Assembly: GCA_052386995.1 (NCBI GenBank)
Contig: JBQTJP010000241.1
Span: 1 to 17,621, forward strand
Length of the DNA: 17,621 nucleotides
Source of the DNA: Armatimonadota bacterium
GTDB taxonomy: Bacteria > Sysuimicrobiota > Sysuimicrobiia > Sysuimicrobiales > Humicultoraceae
Direction of reading: 5' to 3'
Shown here piece after piece: positions 6,948 through 15,270 of this stretch. The position numbers were made by a program, and so were the translations under genes. How positions within the stretch are numbered: position 1 is the first letter of the stretch; every line of letters begins with the position of its first letter. The notes under the pieces were generated by a model. That model saw only the letters and a list, made by a program, of their open reading frames with translations, was not told where the DNA came from and did no database searches.

Positions 6948-8456
6948 CTAAACATCCTCGACCACGGGGCCTGCCGGTTTGCCGCGGACGGCCGAGATGA
7001 TATAGGGCGCGAGAAGCGAGAGCACCGCCAGCGCCAGGATAACCGCCGGGATCGGTCGGGTGACGAACGTGGCCGGATTCCCGCTGCTGATGATGAGCGC
7101 CTGGCGCATCGTTTGCTCCATGCGGTCGCCAAGCACCAGGCCCAGGATCGCCGGACCGAGCGGGTAGTCGTGCTGGCGCATGTAATAGCCAAGCACGCCG
7201 AGCAGGATCATGATCGTCAGGTCCACCTCGCTGCGGCTCACCGCGTACACGCCGATCACGCAGACGCTGACGATGAGCGGGTAGAGGTAGCGTTCGGGCG
7301 TTTTCAGGATCTGGACGAAGAGGCCGACCAGGGGCAGGTTGAGCACCAGCAGTACCGCGTTGCTGACGTACATGCTCGCGATGAGGCCCCAGACCACATC
7401 GGGATGCTTCGTGAACAGCAGTGGCCCGGGGAGTACGTTCAGTATCAGGAGCGCCCCCATCATCACGGCCGTCGTCGATGAGCCGGGGATACCGAGCGTG
7501 AGCATGGGGATCATGTTGCCGACCGCGGCCGCGTTGTTGGCGGACTCCGGCGCTGCGACGCCCCGAATGTCCCCTTTGCCGAACGTCGAGGGGTCCTTCG
7601 CCAGGCGCTTCTCCAGGCCGTATGAGAGGAACGATGCGATCGTGGCGCCCGCCGCCGGGAGGATGCCGATGTAAAATCCCAGGACCGTCCCGCGGATGAT
7701 TGCCCAGAAGCTCTGGATGAAATCCCGCATGGACAGCCACACGCGCTGCAGCGCGAGGAAGCGGCGCTCGCCGGCGATCGCGTTCACGACCAGCATCACC
7801 TCAGAGATCGCAAACAGGCCGACCGCGACCGTCACCAGATCAATGCCGTCCAGTAGTTGAGGGACGCCGAAGGTGTATCGGGTGATGCCCGTGACCAGGT
7901 CGGTGCCCACGGTGGCCAGCATCAGGCCGAACAGGGTAGAGAGCAGCGCCTTCACCAGATGCTCGCCCGCCAGCGTCGAGACGCTGGAGAGGCCGAGGAC
8001 CATCAGGGCGAAGTTCTCGGCGGGTCCAAACGCCAGGGCGTAGCCTGCCAGGGGAAGGGAGAAGAACATCAGGGCCACGACGCTGATCGTCCCGGCGATG
8101 AACGATCCGATCGCCGCAATCGCCAGCGCCGGCCCGGCCCTGCCCTGCAGCGCCATCTGATAGCCGTCGAAGGTTGTGGCAACCGACGACGCCTCGCCGG
8201 GGACGTTGACGAGGATCGAGGTGGTCGAGCCGCCGTACATCGTTCCGTAGTAGACCGCGGTGAGCAGGATCATCGCCGAGGCGGGGTGCAGCCCAATGAT
8301 CAGCGGAATCAGCAGCGCAACACCGCTGACGGGTCCGATGCCGGGGAGCACTCCGATCAGCGTCCCAACGAACGCGCCGACGAACGCCAGGAGCAGGTTC
8401 ACTGGCTGAAGGGCCACCCCGAATCCCAGAGCGAGGTTCTGGACGATCTCGCTCAT
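6948..8456 (-). CDS. tctA: Tripartite tricarboxylate transporter large permease TctA
   Basis: GTLIGVLPGIGP, YYGTMYGGSTTSILVNVPGEASS and GVAAPESANNA..PMLTLGIPGS are TctA repeat signatures. 502 aa, with an ATGA overlap with tctB. Confidence 0.96.
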   Translation of the reverse strand: MSEIVQNLALGFGVALQPVNLLLAFVGAFVGTLIGVLPGIGPVSGVALLIPLIIGLHPASAMILLTAVYYGTMYGGSTTSILVNVPGEASSVATTFDGYQMALQGRAGPALAIAAIGSFIAGTISVVALMFFSLPLAGYALAFGPAENFALMVLGLSSVSTLAGEHLVKALLSTLFGLMLATVGTDLVTGITRYTFGVPQLLDGIDLVTVAVGLFAISEVMLVVNAIAGERRFLALQRVWLSMRDFIQSFWAIIRGTVLGFYIGILPAAGATIASFLSYGLEKRLAKDPSTFGKGDIRGVAAPESANNAAAVGNMIPMLTLGIPGSSTTAVMMGALLILNVLPGPLLFTKHPDVVWGLIASMYVSNAVLLVLNLPLVGLFVQILKTPERYLYPLIVSVCVIGVYAVSRSEVDLTIMILLGVLGYYMRQHDYPLGPAILGLVLGDRMEQTMRQALIISSGNPATFVTRPIPAVILALAVLSLLAPYIISAVRGKPAGPVVEDV

Positions 8457-8899
8457 CTTGGGAGCCCGAGAATGCCTACGGGCAGGCGGAGATCAAGCGT
8501 CCGGTCGAAGAGGAACCAGAGCCCCAGCGTGACGCCGAGGGCAACCGCAACGGCGCGAAGCCAGGACCGCTCACCCAGCCACCGATGGGACAGCGTCAGG
8601 TACAGAAAGGTCGAAACCAGGAACCCCAGGGGTTCGAGCAGGCGCGTGTAGGCGAACAGCGCGGCCGCAAGCAGCAGCGCGCGGCCGTGGCGCTTCCAAA
8701 AGGGTACCCCGCCCCCTTGTGAAGAGCCGCGCACGAACTGCACGACAGCGAGTGCGGCCGTCAGCCCTCCGATCAGGATCGGGTAGGCCGACGGCCCCAC
8801 GACATCGGCGACGGTCACGCCCCGGAACGCCGTGGACTCACGCATGTACAGGACGGCGACCACGAAGATGACGACAGCCGCCAGCCGGTCGGCGGTCAC
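8453..8899 (-). CDS. tctB: Tripartite tricarboxylate transporter small membrane subunit TctB
   Basis: About four TM segments with VGPSAYP, LEPLGFLVST and LFDRTLDLRLPVG, located between tctC and tctA. The start is GTG 8899, or ATG 8937 if one base is missing (see findings). Confidence 0.88.
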   Translation of the reverse strand: MTADRLAAVVIFVVAVLYMRESTAFRGVTVADVVGPSAYPILIGGLTAALAVVQFVRGSSQGGGVPFWKRHGRALLLAAALFAYTRLLEPLGFLVSTFLYLTLSHRWLGERSWLRAVAVALGVTLGLWFLFDRTLDLRLPVGILGLPR

Positions 8900-8952
8900 T
8901 GCGCGTCTCGGCCGGTTGTCGGTGGGGCAGCGGTCATGCGGTGCCCCGCGGC

Positions 8953-9933
8953 CTAGCGGATGAACCCCAGTTCTCGCAGCGTTGTCTCTGTTGACGTGAG
9001 ATCGCCGGCCACGAACCGCTTCAACCGGTCGCCTGTCAGGACGAACTGCGCCCATTTCTGTTCATCCAGGATCTTCGCCCACGACTTGCTGTTGACCATC
9101 TTGATGATCGTATCTTCCCAGAACTTCACGACATCGGCGGGCATATCGGGCGGCATGTAGAAGCCGCGCCAGTTGAGCATCACGAAGTCAATGCCCTGTT
9201 CGCGTGCCGTCGGAACATTTCTGAGCGACCCGCCCAGGCGCTCGGGGGCCAGGACTGCGAGCACGCGCACCTGGCCCGCCTCAAGCTGCCCGAGCGTCTC
9301 GGACAGACTGGTCGAGAGCACGGTGGTCTGACCTCCAAGGATGGAGGCCATTGCCGATGCCCCGTCGCCAAAAGGCACGTAGCGCACCTTCGCGGCATCC
9401 ACCCCTTGCTGCTTGGCCATCAGCGCAAAGGCGAGATGGTCCAGGCTGCCCGGCGCCGAGCCGCCGCCGACGGTGATCAAGGCGGGATCGCGCTTGAAGA
9501 GATCGATCAGGGTGCGCAGGTTGTTGAACGTCGAGTCCTTGCGGACCGCGATGACGCTGAAATCGCCCGTGATCGCGGCGATGGGCGTGACGTCGTTAAA
9601 GGTATACGGCACGGCTTTGCGCGCGAGCGTGCCGGTCAGCGCCGATCCCATGACAGCGATCGCGTGCGTGTCGCCCTTACGCCGGGTGACCATGTGGGCG
9701 ATACCGACGGCGCCGCTGCCGCCCGCCATATTGGTGACGGCGATCGGCACCGTCACGAGTTTCTCTTCACCCAGCGCCCGCGCCGCCATCCGAGCCGTGG
9801 CGTCCCACCCGCCGCCGGCGCCGGCCGGTGCGATGAGATCGATGGCCTTGTTGGGATACGCGGGCCCGGCCAGACCGGAGGCCAGTCCGAACATGAGGAA
9901 TATCGCGATCACAAGCCCTGCCGTGCGAATCAT
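8953..9933 (-). CDS. tctC: Tripartite tricarboxylate transporter substrate-binding protein TctC (Bug family)
   Basis: RBS GGAGGTGA precedes ATG 9933. Signal peptide, then YPNKAIDLIAPAGAGGGWDATAR, VTNMAGGSGAVG, GGSAPGSLDHL, YVPFGDG, VPTAREQG and NWRGF. Confidence 0.95.
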   Translation of the reverse strand: MIRTAGLVIAIFLMFGLASGLAGPAYPNKAIDLIAPAGAGGGWDATARMAARALGEEKLVTVPIAVTNMAGGSGAVGIAHMVTRRKGDTHAIAVMGSALTGTLARKAVPYTFNDVTPIAAITGDFSVIAVRKDSTFNNLRTLIDLFKRDPALITVGGGSAPGSLDHLAFALMAKQQGVDAAKVRYVPFGDGASAMASILGGQTTVLSTSLSETLGQLEAGQVRVLAVLAPERLGGSLRNVPTAREQGIDFVMLNWRGFYMPPDMPADVVKFWEDTIIKMVNSKSWAKILDEQKWAQFVLTGDRLKRFVAGDLTSTETTLRELGFIR

Positions 9934-9938
9934 ATTCT

Positions 9939-11375
9939 TCACCTCCGCCTGCGGGTACGTGAACGGCTTCGCTTCGGCGCCGGTGTCCTCCTTGCGCGCG
10001 GTGTCTTCGCGCCGCCGGCGGTGAGGAGCGGCATAATCGTTCGCACGTCGGCGCACGACTCCAGCGCCCATAGAGCGCGCAGCGCCTGCCCGGCCCGCCG
10101 TCCCAGCACCGGCCCGGCGAGCCGCGTGAACTTGTCGCTGATCTGCGCGTCGGTGAGCGGGTTGCGACTGTGCCCCGGTGGAAAGTCCATGCGCGCCGAA
10201 TGCACGCGGCCCCCGGACTCCACAACCTCAAGGATGGTAGGGATGCCCGCTGGGTATGCGGCGGTGAGATCCTTTTCCTCGACGACCTGGGTGCGAGCCA
10301 TCAGCCTTCGGATGTCCTCGCGTGCGAGGCGTTCGGGGGTGAACTGCCGCTCGGTGATCTCGCCGTCGAGTAGCGCGGCAGCGACCAGGTACGGCATGCT
10401 GTGATCGGCCGTCTCGCGCGTGGTCGGAGCCCACTTCTCGGGCTCGCCGCCGATAATCTCGACGGCTACCTTGAATGTCCGGACCGTGACACGGTCGATC
10501 GCCTCGGGGCGCACGCCCTGCCCGCGCAGATCAAGCGCCAGCGCCACCGCCGCCTGGGAGTGATACTCGGCCGGCCAGTACTTGATGTCGGTATCCAGGA
10601 TCTTGAACCGCGCAGTGCCTTGATCTTCCCCGGCCATCGGCGGGATCTCCAGCGGTCCGGAGACCTGCGCGATGAACCCCCGCAGGCCCTCAAACACGGG
10701 GGCGGGGCCGGTGATGCCTTCGCCCGCCAGGTAGGCGGCGAAGACGCCGTTGCGCCCGGCGCCGCCGTATGCCGCGCCCTTCCACATCGAGAGCTCGCCC
10801 ACGCGGGTCTGCCTGAGGTTGATACCCGTGGCCGCGGCGATGTTGATCGCCTGCTCGATCTGCTCGGGCCCGCACCCGAGCAGCCTGGCGGCGGCTGCTG
10901 CCACGGCGATGCCGCCGTAGGTGACGTGGTCCCAGCCGCGATCGCGGATGCTGCTGGCATCCGCCAGGCGGCAGACGATTTCGTACGCCGCGATCATGGC
11001 CGTCATCAGATCCCGACCACTTGCGCCGCGGTCTTCGGCGACAGCCAGCAGCCCGGCCAGGTTGTCAGAGGGATGCAGTGCTTCCTTAGAAAGGTAGGTG
11101 TCGTTGTAGTCGAGATATCGGATCAGATAGCCGTTGACGAACGCCGCCAGATCGGGCGACGTATGTTCCCCGGTGCCGAGGATGGTGGCCGAGCCCGACG
11201 GGCCGAGGTGGTGGAGCGCACGCCGGGCCCGCGCGGGCGGGTCCTCTCGAACGGCGGCCAATCCGCACGCCACCGCATCGATGATCCGGCGCTTTGCCTG
11301 ATGGATGACCTCCGGCGGGATCCGGGCGAAGGCCAGGCCGTGCGTGTAGCGGGCAAACCGGCGGGCAACGGTCAT
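9939..11375 (-). CDS. prpD: MmgE/PrpD family protein, 2-methylcitrate dehydratase-like
   Basis: RYLDYNDTYLSKEALHPSDN, GWDHVT, RVGELSMWKG, KYWPAEYHSQ, RETADHSMPY and FPPGHSRNP. ATGA overlap with the upstream lyase gene. Confidence 0.9.
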   Translation of the reverse strand: MTVARRFARYTHGLAFARIPPEVIHQAKRRIIDAVACGLAAVREDPPARARRALHHLGPSGSATILGTGEHTSPDLAAFVNGYLIRYLDYNDTYLSKEALHPSDNLAGLLAVAEDRGASGRDLMTAMIAAYEIVCRLADASSIRDRGWDHVTYGGIAVAAAAARLLGCGPEQIEQAINIAAATGINLRQTRVGELSMWKGAAYGGAGRNGVFAAYLAGEGITGPAPVFEGLRGFIAQVSGPLEIPPMAGEDQGTARFKILDTDIKYWPAEYHSQAAVALALDLRGQGVRPEAIDRVTVRTFKVAVEIIGGEPEKWAPTTRETADHSMPYLVAAALLDGEITERQFTPERLAREDIRRLMARTQVVEEKDLTAAYPAGIPTILEVVESGGRVHSARMDFPPGHSRNPLTDAQISDKFTRLAGPVLGRRAGQALRALWALESCADVRTIMPLLTAGGAKTPRARRTPAPKRSRSRTRRRR

Positions 11376-12265
11376 CGCTCGTCGTCGCCGGCTCCATACA
11401 GGCGGTCCCGCTGCTGCCAGGACGCGAGGTCGACCAGGGCGTCGCGCTCGTCAAAGCCGGCGAGCCGCGTGCCCAGCCCCGCCGCGGTACCGGTGGCCCG
11501 CACCGCCTGCGCCGCGTCCTGCATGGCGCGGATCGCGGCCCGCTGCAGGTCGGAGGGGACGATCATCACGCGATACCCCATCTTGGCCAGCGCGTCAGGG
11601 GCGATCAGGGGCGTGCGGCCGCCCTGGAACATGTTGATGAGCAGCGGGGCTTGCACCTGGCGCGCGATGAGCCGGATCTCCTCTTCCGACTCCGGCGCCT
11701 CCACGAAGATGAGGTCGGCGCCGGCTTCAGTGTAGCGGTTGCCTCGGCGGATCGCCCCCTCGAGGCCTTCGACGGCGCGCGCATCCGTGCGCGCAATCAG
11801 CACCAGATCGGGGTCGGCGCGCGCATCCTGCGCCGCGCGAAGCTTCCCCACCATCTCATCGGCGGAGATGAGCTCTTTGCCGGCGTAGTGCCCGCACTTC
11901 TTTGGGCTCACCTGATCCTCGAGGTGGAGCGCCGCGACTCCCAGGCGGTCAAATTCCCTGACGGTGCGGAAAACGTTGAGCGCGTTGCCGTATCCGGTGT
12001 CGGCGTCGGCGATGACCGGCAGGTCGGTCGCGTCGACGATCTCTCGCAGGCGGGCGAGGACTTCCGTGAAGCTCAGCAGGCCCAGGTCGGGAACGCCCGT
12101 GCTGCGTGCGATCGCGCCCCCACTTGCGTAGAGAGCCTCGAAGCCCGCGGCGGCCGCGATCCGCGCCGAGAGGCCGTCGAAGACGCCAGGCGCTATGAGC
12201 AGTTCTGTCGAACGCAGGCGCTCGCGAAGCCTGCGGGCCGGTGTGGCTTTTGTCGGGGAAGCCAT
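11372..12265 (-). CDS. prpB: Isocitrate lyase/PEP mutase family C-C lyase (2-methylisocitrate lyase PrpB-like)
   Basis: PGVFDGLSA, GFEALYASG, PDLG, PVIADADTGYG, LEDQVSPKKCGH (catalytic Cys loop), IARTDA and GADLIFVEA. It is adjacent to prpD; the exact substrate is unproven. Confidence 0.82.
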   Translation of the reverse strand: MASPTKATPARRLRERLRSTELLIAPGVFDGLSARIAAAAGFEALYASGGAIARSTGVPDLGLLSFTEVLARLREIVDATDLPVIADADTGYGNALNVFRTVREFDRLGVAALHLEDQVSPKKCGHYAGKELISADEMVGKLRAAQDARADPDLVLIARTDARAVEGLEGAIRRGNRYTEAGADLIFVEAPESEEEIRLIARQVQAPLLINMFQGGRTPLIAPDALAKMGYRVMIVPSDLQRAAIRAMQDAAQAVRATGTAAGLGTRLAGFDERDALVDLASWQQRDRLYGAGDDER

Positions 12266-12331
12266 CTAAGACCATCTCCACGTGAGCGGGCGCGCTTGTG
12301 CGTGTCCCGCTTTCCTGTTCACCGGATGGCC

Positions 12332-13207
12332 CTAACGGTCCTTGGCGCGCTGGACGAGCATGACCCCGCCAAGCAGCAGCAGGCCGCCGAAGATCGTGAC
12401 CAGCCGCACCGGCTCGTCCAGCAGCACCACCGCACCCACGGCCGTCACCAGCGGCTCGAGGTACAGGAACGACGCCACGCGCGACGTCTCCAGGTGCGCC
12501 ACCGCCGCATACCACAGGAGGTAGGCGATCCCGGAGCAGGCGATGCCGAGGAACAGGACCGCGATCCACCCGGCCTCCGTCAGCCCTGCATACTGCCGCC
12601 ACCCGGCGTCGAGAACGAAGAGCGGCGCGAGCATGATCCAACCAAGGAACATCGAGCTCACGGTGAACTCCAAAGGGTCGAGTTTATCCAGGACGGGGCG
12701 GCTCAACACTGTAAAGACGCCCCAGTTCACCGTGCTGGCGAGGACAAGCAGATCGCCGCGGGTCGAAGGAACGAGCTGCACTGACTCCGGGCGACCTTGT
12801 GTCACGACGAGCGCCGCACCGAGAAACCCGACCGCGAGCCCGAAGGTCTTCGCCGCGCCGAAGCGCTCTTTCAGAATCAAGGCTGCGAGGACCGCCGACC
12901 AGATGGGCGTCAGGCCGATCAGCCAGCCGGTGTTGACCGCGCTCGTGAGTGTGAGCGCATGCGCCTGCAGCATCTGGTGCACAAAGATCCCGATGAATCC
13001 CATCAGGGTCAGGCTGCCCCAGACTTCCCGCACCGGGATTAGGCGCTTCCTCCGCGCGCGCACGATGCCGACGAGCAGCAGCACGCCGAGCGCAAAGCGC
13101 GTGAAGATCAGGGTGACGGGAGAGATCTCCTGCACCGCGGCTTTGGTTGCAACGAACGAGAGGCCCCAGAAGATCGTCGCGATGGCGGCGCCGAGTCGGG
13201 GGGACAC
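12332..13207 (-). CDS. DMT/EamA family transporter
   Basis: About ten TM helices in two repeats: FWGLSFVATK, LIFTRF, ILKERF, IAYLLWY, SFLYLEPLVT and LLDEPV. Confidence 0.93.
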   Translation of the reverse strand: MSPRLGAAIATIFWGLSFVATKAAVQEISPVTLIFTRFALGVLLLVGIVRARRKRLIPVREVWGSLTLMGFIGIFVHQMLQAHALTLTSAVNTGWLIGLTPIWSAVLAALILKERFGAAKTFGLAVGFLGAALVVTQGRPESVQLVPSTRGDLLVLASTVNWGVFTVLSRPVLDKLDPLEFTVSSMFLGWIMLAPLFVLDAGWRQYAGLTEAGWIAVLFLGIACSGIAYLLWYAAVAHLETSRVASFLYLEPLVTAVGAVVLLDEPVRLVTIFGGLLLLGGVMLVQRAKDR

Positions 13208-13296
13208 GATAACCTGTTCTCCGCGGGCCCCCGGGAACCTCGACCGGCCCGGCGCTTCGGGGCCGGCCGCGGCTTCGACTGAACGAGTTCATCGAC

Positions 13297-13326
13297 TGGA
13301 CAGGTTGAGGGAAGGTCCGGTATCGT
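13297..13326 (+). promoter_or_regulatory. Candidate sigma70-type promoter for dppC-dppB
   Basis: TGGACA (13297-13302), an 18-nt spacer, then TATCGT (13321-13326), ending 9 nt before ATG 13336, in the divergent intergenic region. Confidence 0.35.
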
Positions 13327-13335
13327 GGGGCCACG

Positions 13336-14265
13336 ATGCGCCCTGCCGCTGCCGCGCCGGCGGCTCCCGCTCCGGCGGTTCAACGCGCATTTCTCTCTGC
13401 CAGGGGCCGGGCATGGCGGACGCTGGCGCGAGATCGGTTCGCGCTGGCCGGCGGCATCGGCGTCCTGATCTTCGTAACGCTCGCGGTCCTCGCGCCGGTC
13501 GTCGCTCCCTATAATCCCAACTATCAGCATCCGCAGGGTTTGTCCGCGGTCGGCGCGCCGCGAAGCCCCGGCGAAGAATTTGTCTTTGGGACCGATCTGT
13601 TGGGCCGTGACCTGCTGAGCCGCGTGATCTGGGGAACGCGGGTGTCGCTGGCCGTCGGCGTGATCTCAACCATCATTGCCCTGAGCGTCGCCATCGGGAT
13701 CGGGCTCGTGGCCGGCTACTTCAGCGGCCCCGCGCGGACCGTCCTGATCTGGATCACCAATGCCGTGCTGAGTTTCCCCAGTCTGCTGCTCATGCTGGCG
13801 CTCGTGAGTGTCCTCCCGCGTGGCCTGTGGGTCGTTGTCTTCGTGCTCTCGGTCTTCGCCTGGGCGTATCCGGCTCGGGTGATTTACAGCGAGGTGCTGT
13901 CGGTGGCGCAGCGCGAGTTCATCGATGGCGCGCGGGCGATCGGCGCGAGCAGCCCGCGCATCCTGCTGCAGCACATCCTGCCGCAGCTCGTGCCGCTGGT
14001 CGTCGTCTACTTCACCCTCCGCGTGCCCGCGACGATCCTGGCCGAGGCGTCGCTCAGTTTCCTCGGGCTCGGGGTTCAGCCACCGACGGCTTCGTGGGGA
14101 TCGATCATCTACGAAGGGGCCCGGGCCTACCGGAGCGCCCCGTGGATCTTCTTCTTCCCGGGTGCAATCATCGCGTGCGCGGTGGTGAGCTTCAATCTGC
14201 TCGGGGACGGGCTGCGCGATGCCTTCGATCCCACGAGCGGTGTGCGGCGGAGGGGACCGGCATGA
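13336..14265 (+). CDS. Peptide/nickel ABC transporter permease, DppC/OppC type
   Basis: FGTDLLGRDLLSRVIWGTRVSL, REFIDGARAIGAS..ILLQHILP, EASLSFLGLGVQPPTASWG and FNLLGDGLRDAFDP. Confidence 0.94.
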   Translation: MRPAAAAPAAPAPAVQRAFLSARGRAWRTLARDRFALAGGIGVLIFVTLAVLAPVVAPYNPNYQHPQGLSAVGAPRSPGEEFVFGTDLLGRDLLSRVIWGTRVSLAVGVISTIIALSVAIGIGLVAGYFSGPARTVLIWITNAVLSFPSLLLMLALVSVLPRGLWVVVFVLSVFAWAYPARVIYSEVLSVAQREFIDGARAIGASSPRILLQHILPQLVPLVVVYFTLRVPATILAEASLSFLGLGVQPPTASWGSIIYEGARAYRSAPWIFFFPGAIIACAVVSFNLLGDGLRDAFDPTSGVRRRGPA

Positions 14266-15188
14266 CGCATCGCGGCATTCCGGCGCGCCTCGCGGGCATC
14301 CTTCTGTTGCTCTGGGTTGTTTCGACCGTGACTTTCTTGCTCATGTACGCCGTGCCGTCCGATCCGGGCGCGGCCATCGCCGGGCCTCAAGCCACACCGC
14401 AGGTCACCGAGAACATTCGCAAGGTCCTCGGGCTCGACCAGCCGTTGTACGTGCAGTACGGGCGCTATCTCTGGCGGCTGCTGCACGGCGACCTGGGCCG
14501 CTCGTATGTCTTCGGCCGCCCGGTCCTCGAACTGCTGATCTCGCACCTCGGTCCGTCGTTCAAGCTCGCGCTGGCCTGCGTCATCGCCGAGGCGGCGATC
14601 GGACTCCCGGTTGGGATCCTCTCGGCGGTCCGTCCGGGCAGCAGATTCGACCGACTGACGATGGTCGGCACGTTGATCACACTGGGCCTGCCGCACTTCT
14701 GGATCGGCCTGTTCCTGCTCTACCTCGTCGGCGCGCGGCTGGGGTGGCTGCCGATCGGGGGCTATGGCGGCCTCCCGCATCTCATCCTTCCTGCTCTGGC
14801 GGTGGGCATCGCTTATGCCGGCTGGTATGCGCGCGTCATTCGCTCCACCCTGCTCGATGTGATGGCGCGCGACTACGTGCGGACGGCCCGCAGCAAAGGC
14901 CTCCCCGAGCGCCTCGTCATCGTCAAGCACGCGCTGCGCAATGCCCTCATCCCGGTCGTGACAATGTGGGGGCTCGACTTCGCAAACTTCATGAGCGGGT
15001 TGGTGGTGATCGAGGCCGTGTTCGGATGGCCCGGCATCGGCGCGCAGATGGTCGAGGCCGTGATCCGCTTCGACGTGCCGCTCGCGATGGGCACGGTGCT
15101 CATCGCCGCGATCATCGTGGGCGCGGTGAATCTGGCCCTAGACCTGGTGTATCCTCTTCTTGATCCGCGCCTGCGAGCCCAGGCGTAG
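14262..15188 (+). CDS. Peptide/nickel ABC transporter permease, DppB/OppB type
   Basis: ATG 14262 overlaps the dppC stop (ATGA). Motifs LGLDQPLYVQY, GDLGRS, DYVRTARSKGL, KHALRNALIPV, IEAVFGWPGIG and DLVYPLLDPR. The ORF-track start at 13827 is a spurious extension. Confidence 0.94.
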   Translation: MTHRGIPARLAGILLLLWVVSTVTFLLMYAVPSDPGAAIAGPQATPQVTENIRKVLGLDQPLYVQYGRYLWRLLHGDLGRSYVFGRPVLELLISHLGPSFKLALACVIAEAAIGLPVGILSAVRPGSRFDRLTMVGTLITLGLPHFWIGLFLLYLVGARLGWLPIGGYGGLPHLILPALAVGIAYAGWYARVIRSTLLDVMARDYVRTARSKGLPERLVIVKHALRNALIPVVTMWGLDFANFMSGLVVIEAVFGWPGIGAQMVEAVIRFDVPLAMGTVLIAAIIVGAVNLALDLVYPLLDPRLRAQA

Positions 15189-15232
15189 GCTGGGAGTCTT
15201 CGCTGGGTCCCGCTAGAAACGCTGCCTACCAT

Positions 15233-15261
15233 GTCGTCACTTTTCATGGAAAAATGACGGC
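15233..15261. terminator. Hairpin between convergent dppB and lyase genes; possible bidirectional terminator
   Basis: GTCGTCAC-TTTTC-ATG-GAAAA-ATGACGGC forms a 13-bp stem with one G-U pair and one mismatch. No classic U-tract follows. Confidence 0.35.
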
Positions 15262-15270
15262 GCGATTGTA

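Noticed and set aside
6948..6950. Genome-wide amber recoding (pyrrolysine or alternative code) to explain the in-frame tctA-HAD junction
   Set aside because: TAG ends eight other genes here at expected family lengths, TctA is full length, and no pyl genes are visible.
6468..8651. Plus-strand ORFs 6468-7481 and 7857-8651
   Set aside because: Antisense shadows of the HAD and tctA genes with no recognisable domain.
9406..12784. Long plus-strand ORFs (9406-10404, 10401-11735, 11651-12784) that look like an operon
   Set aside because: They are antisense to tctC, prpD, prpB and EamA, which carry clear family motifs; the antisense products have none.
13827..14261. 145-aa N-terminal extension of DppB in the ORF track
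   Set aside because: It overlaps dppC in another frame. ATG 14262 with an ATGA overlap and upstream GGAGGGG gives a normal-length DppB.
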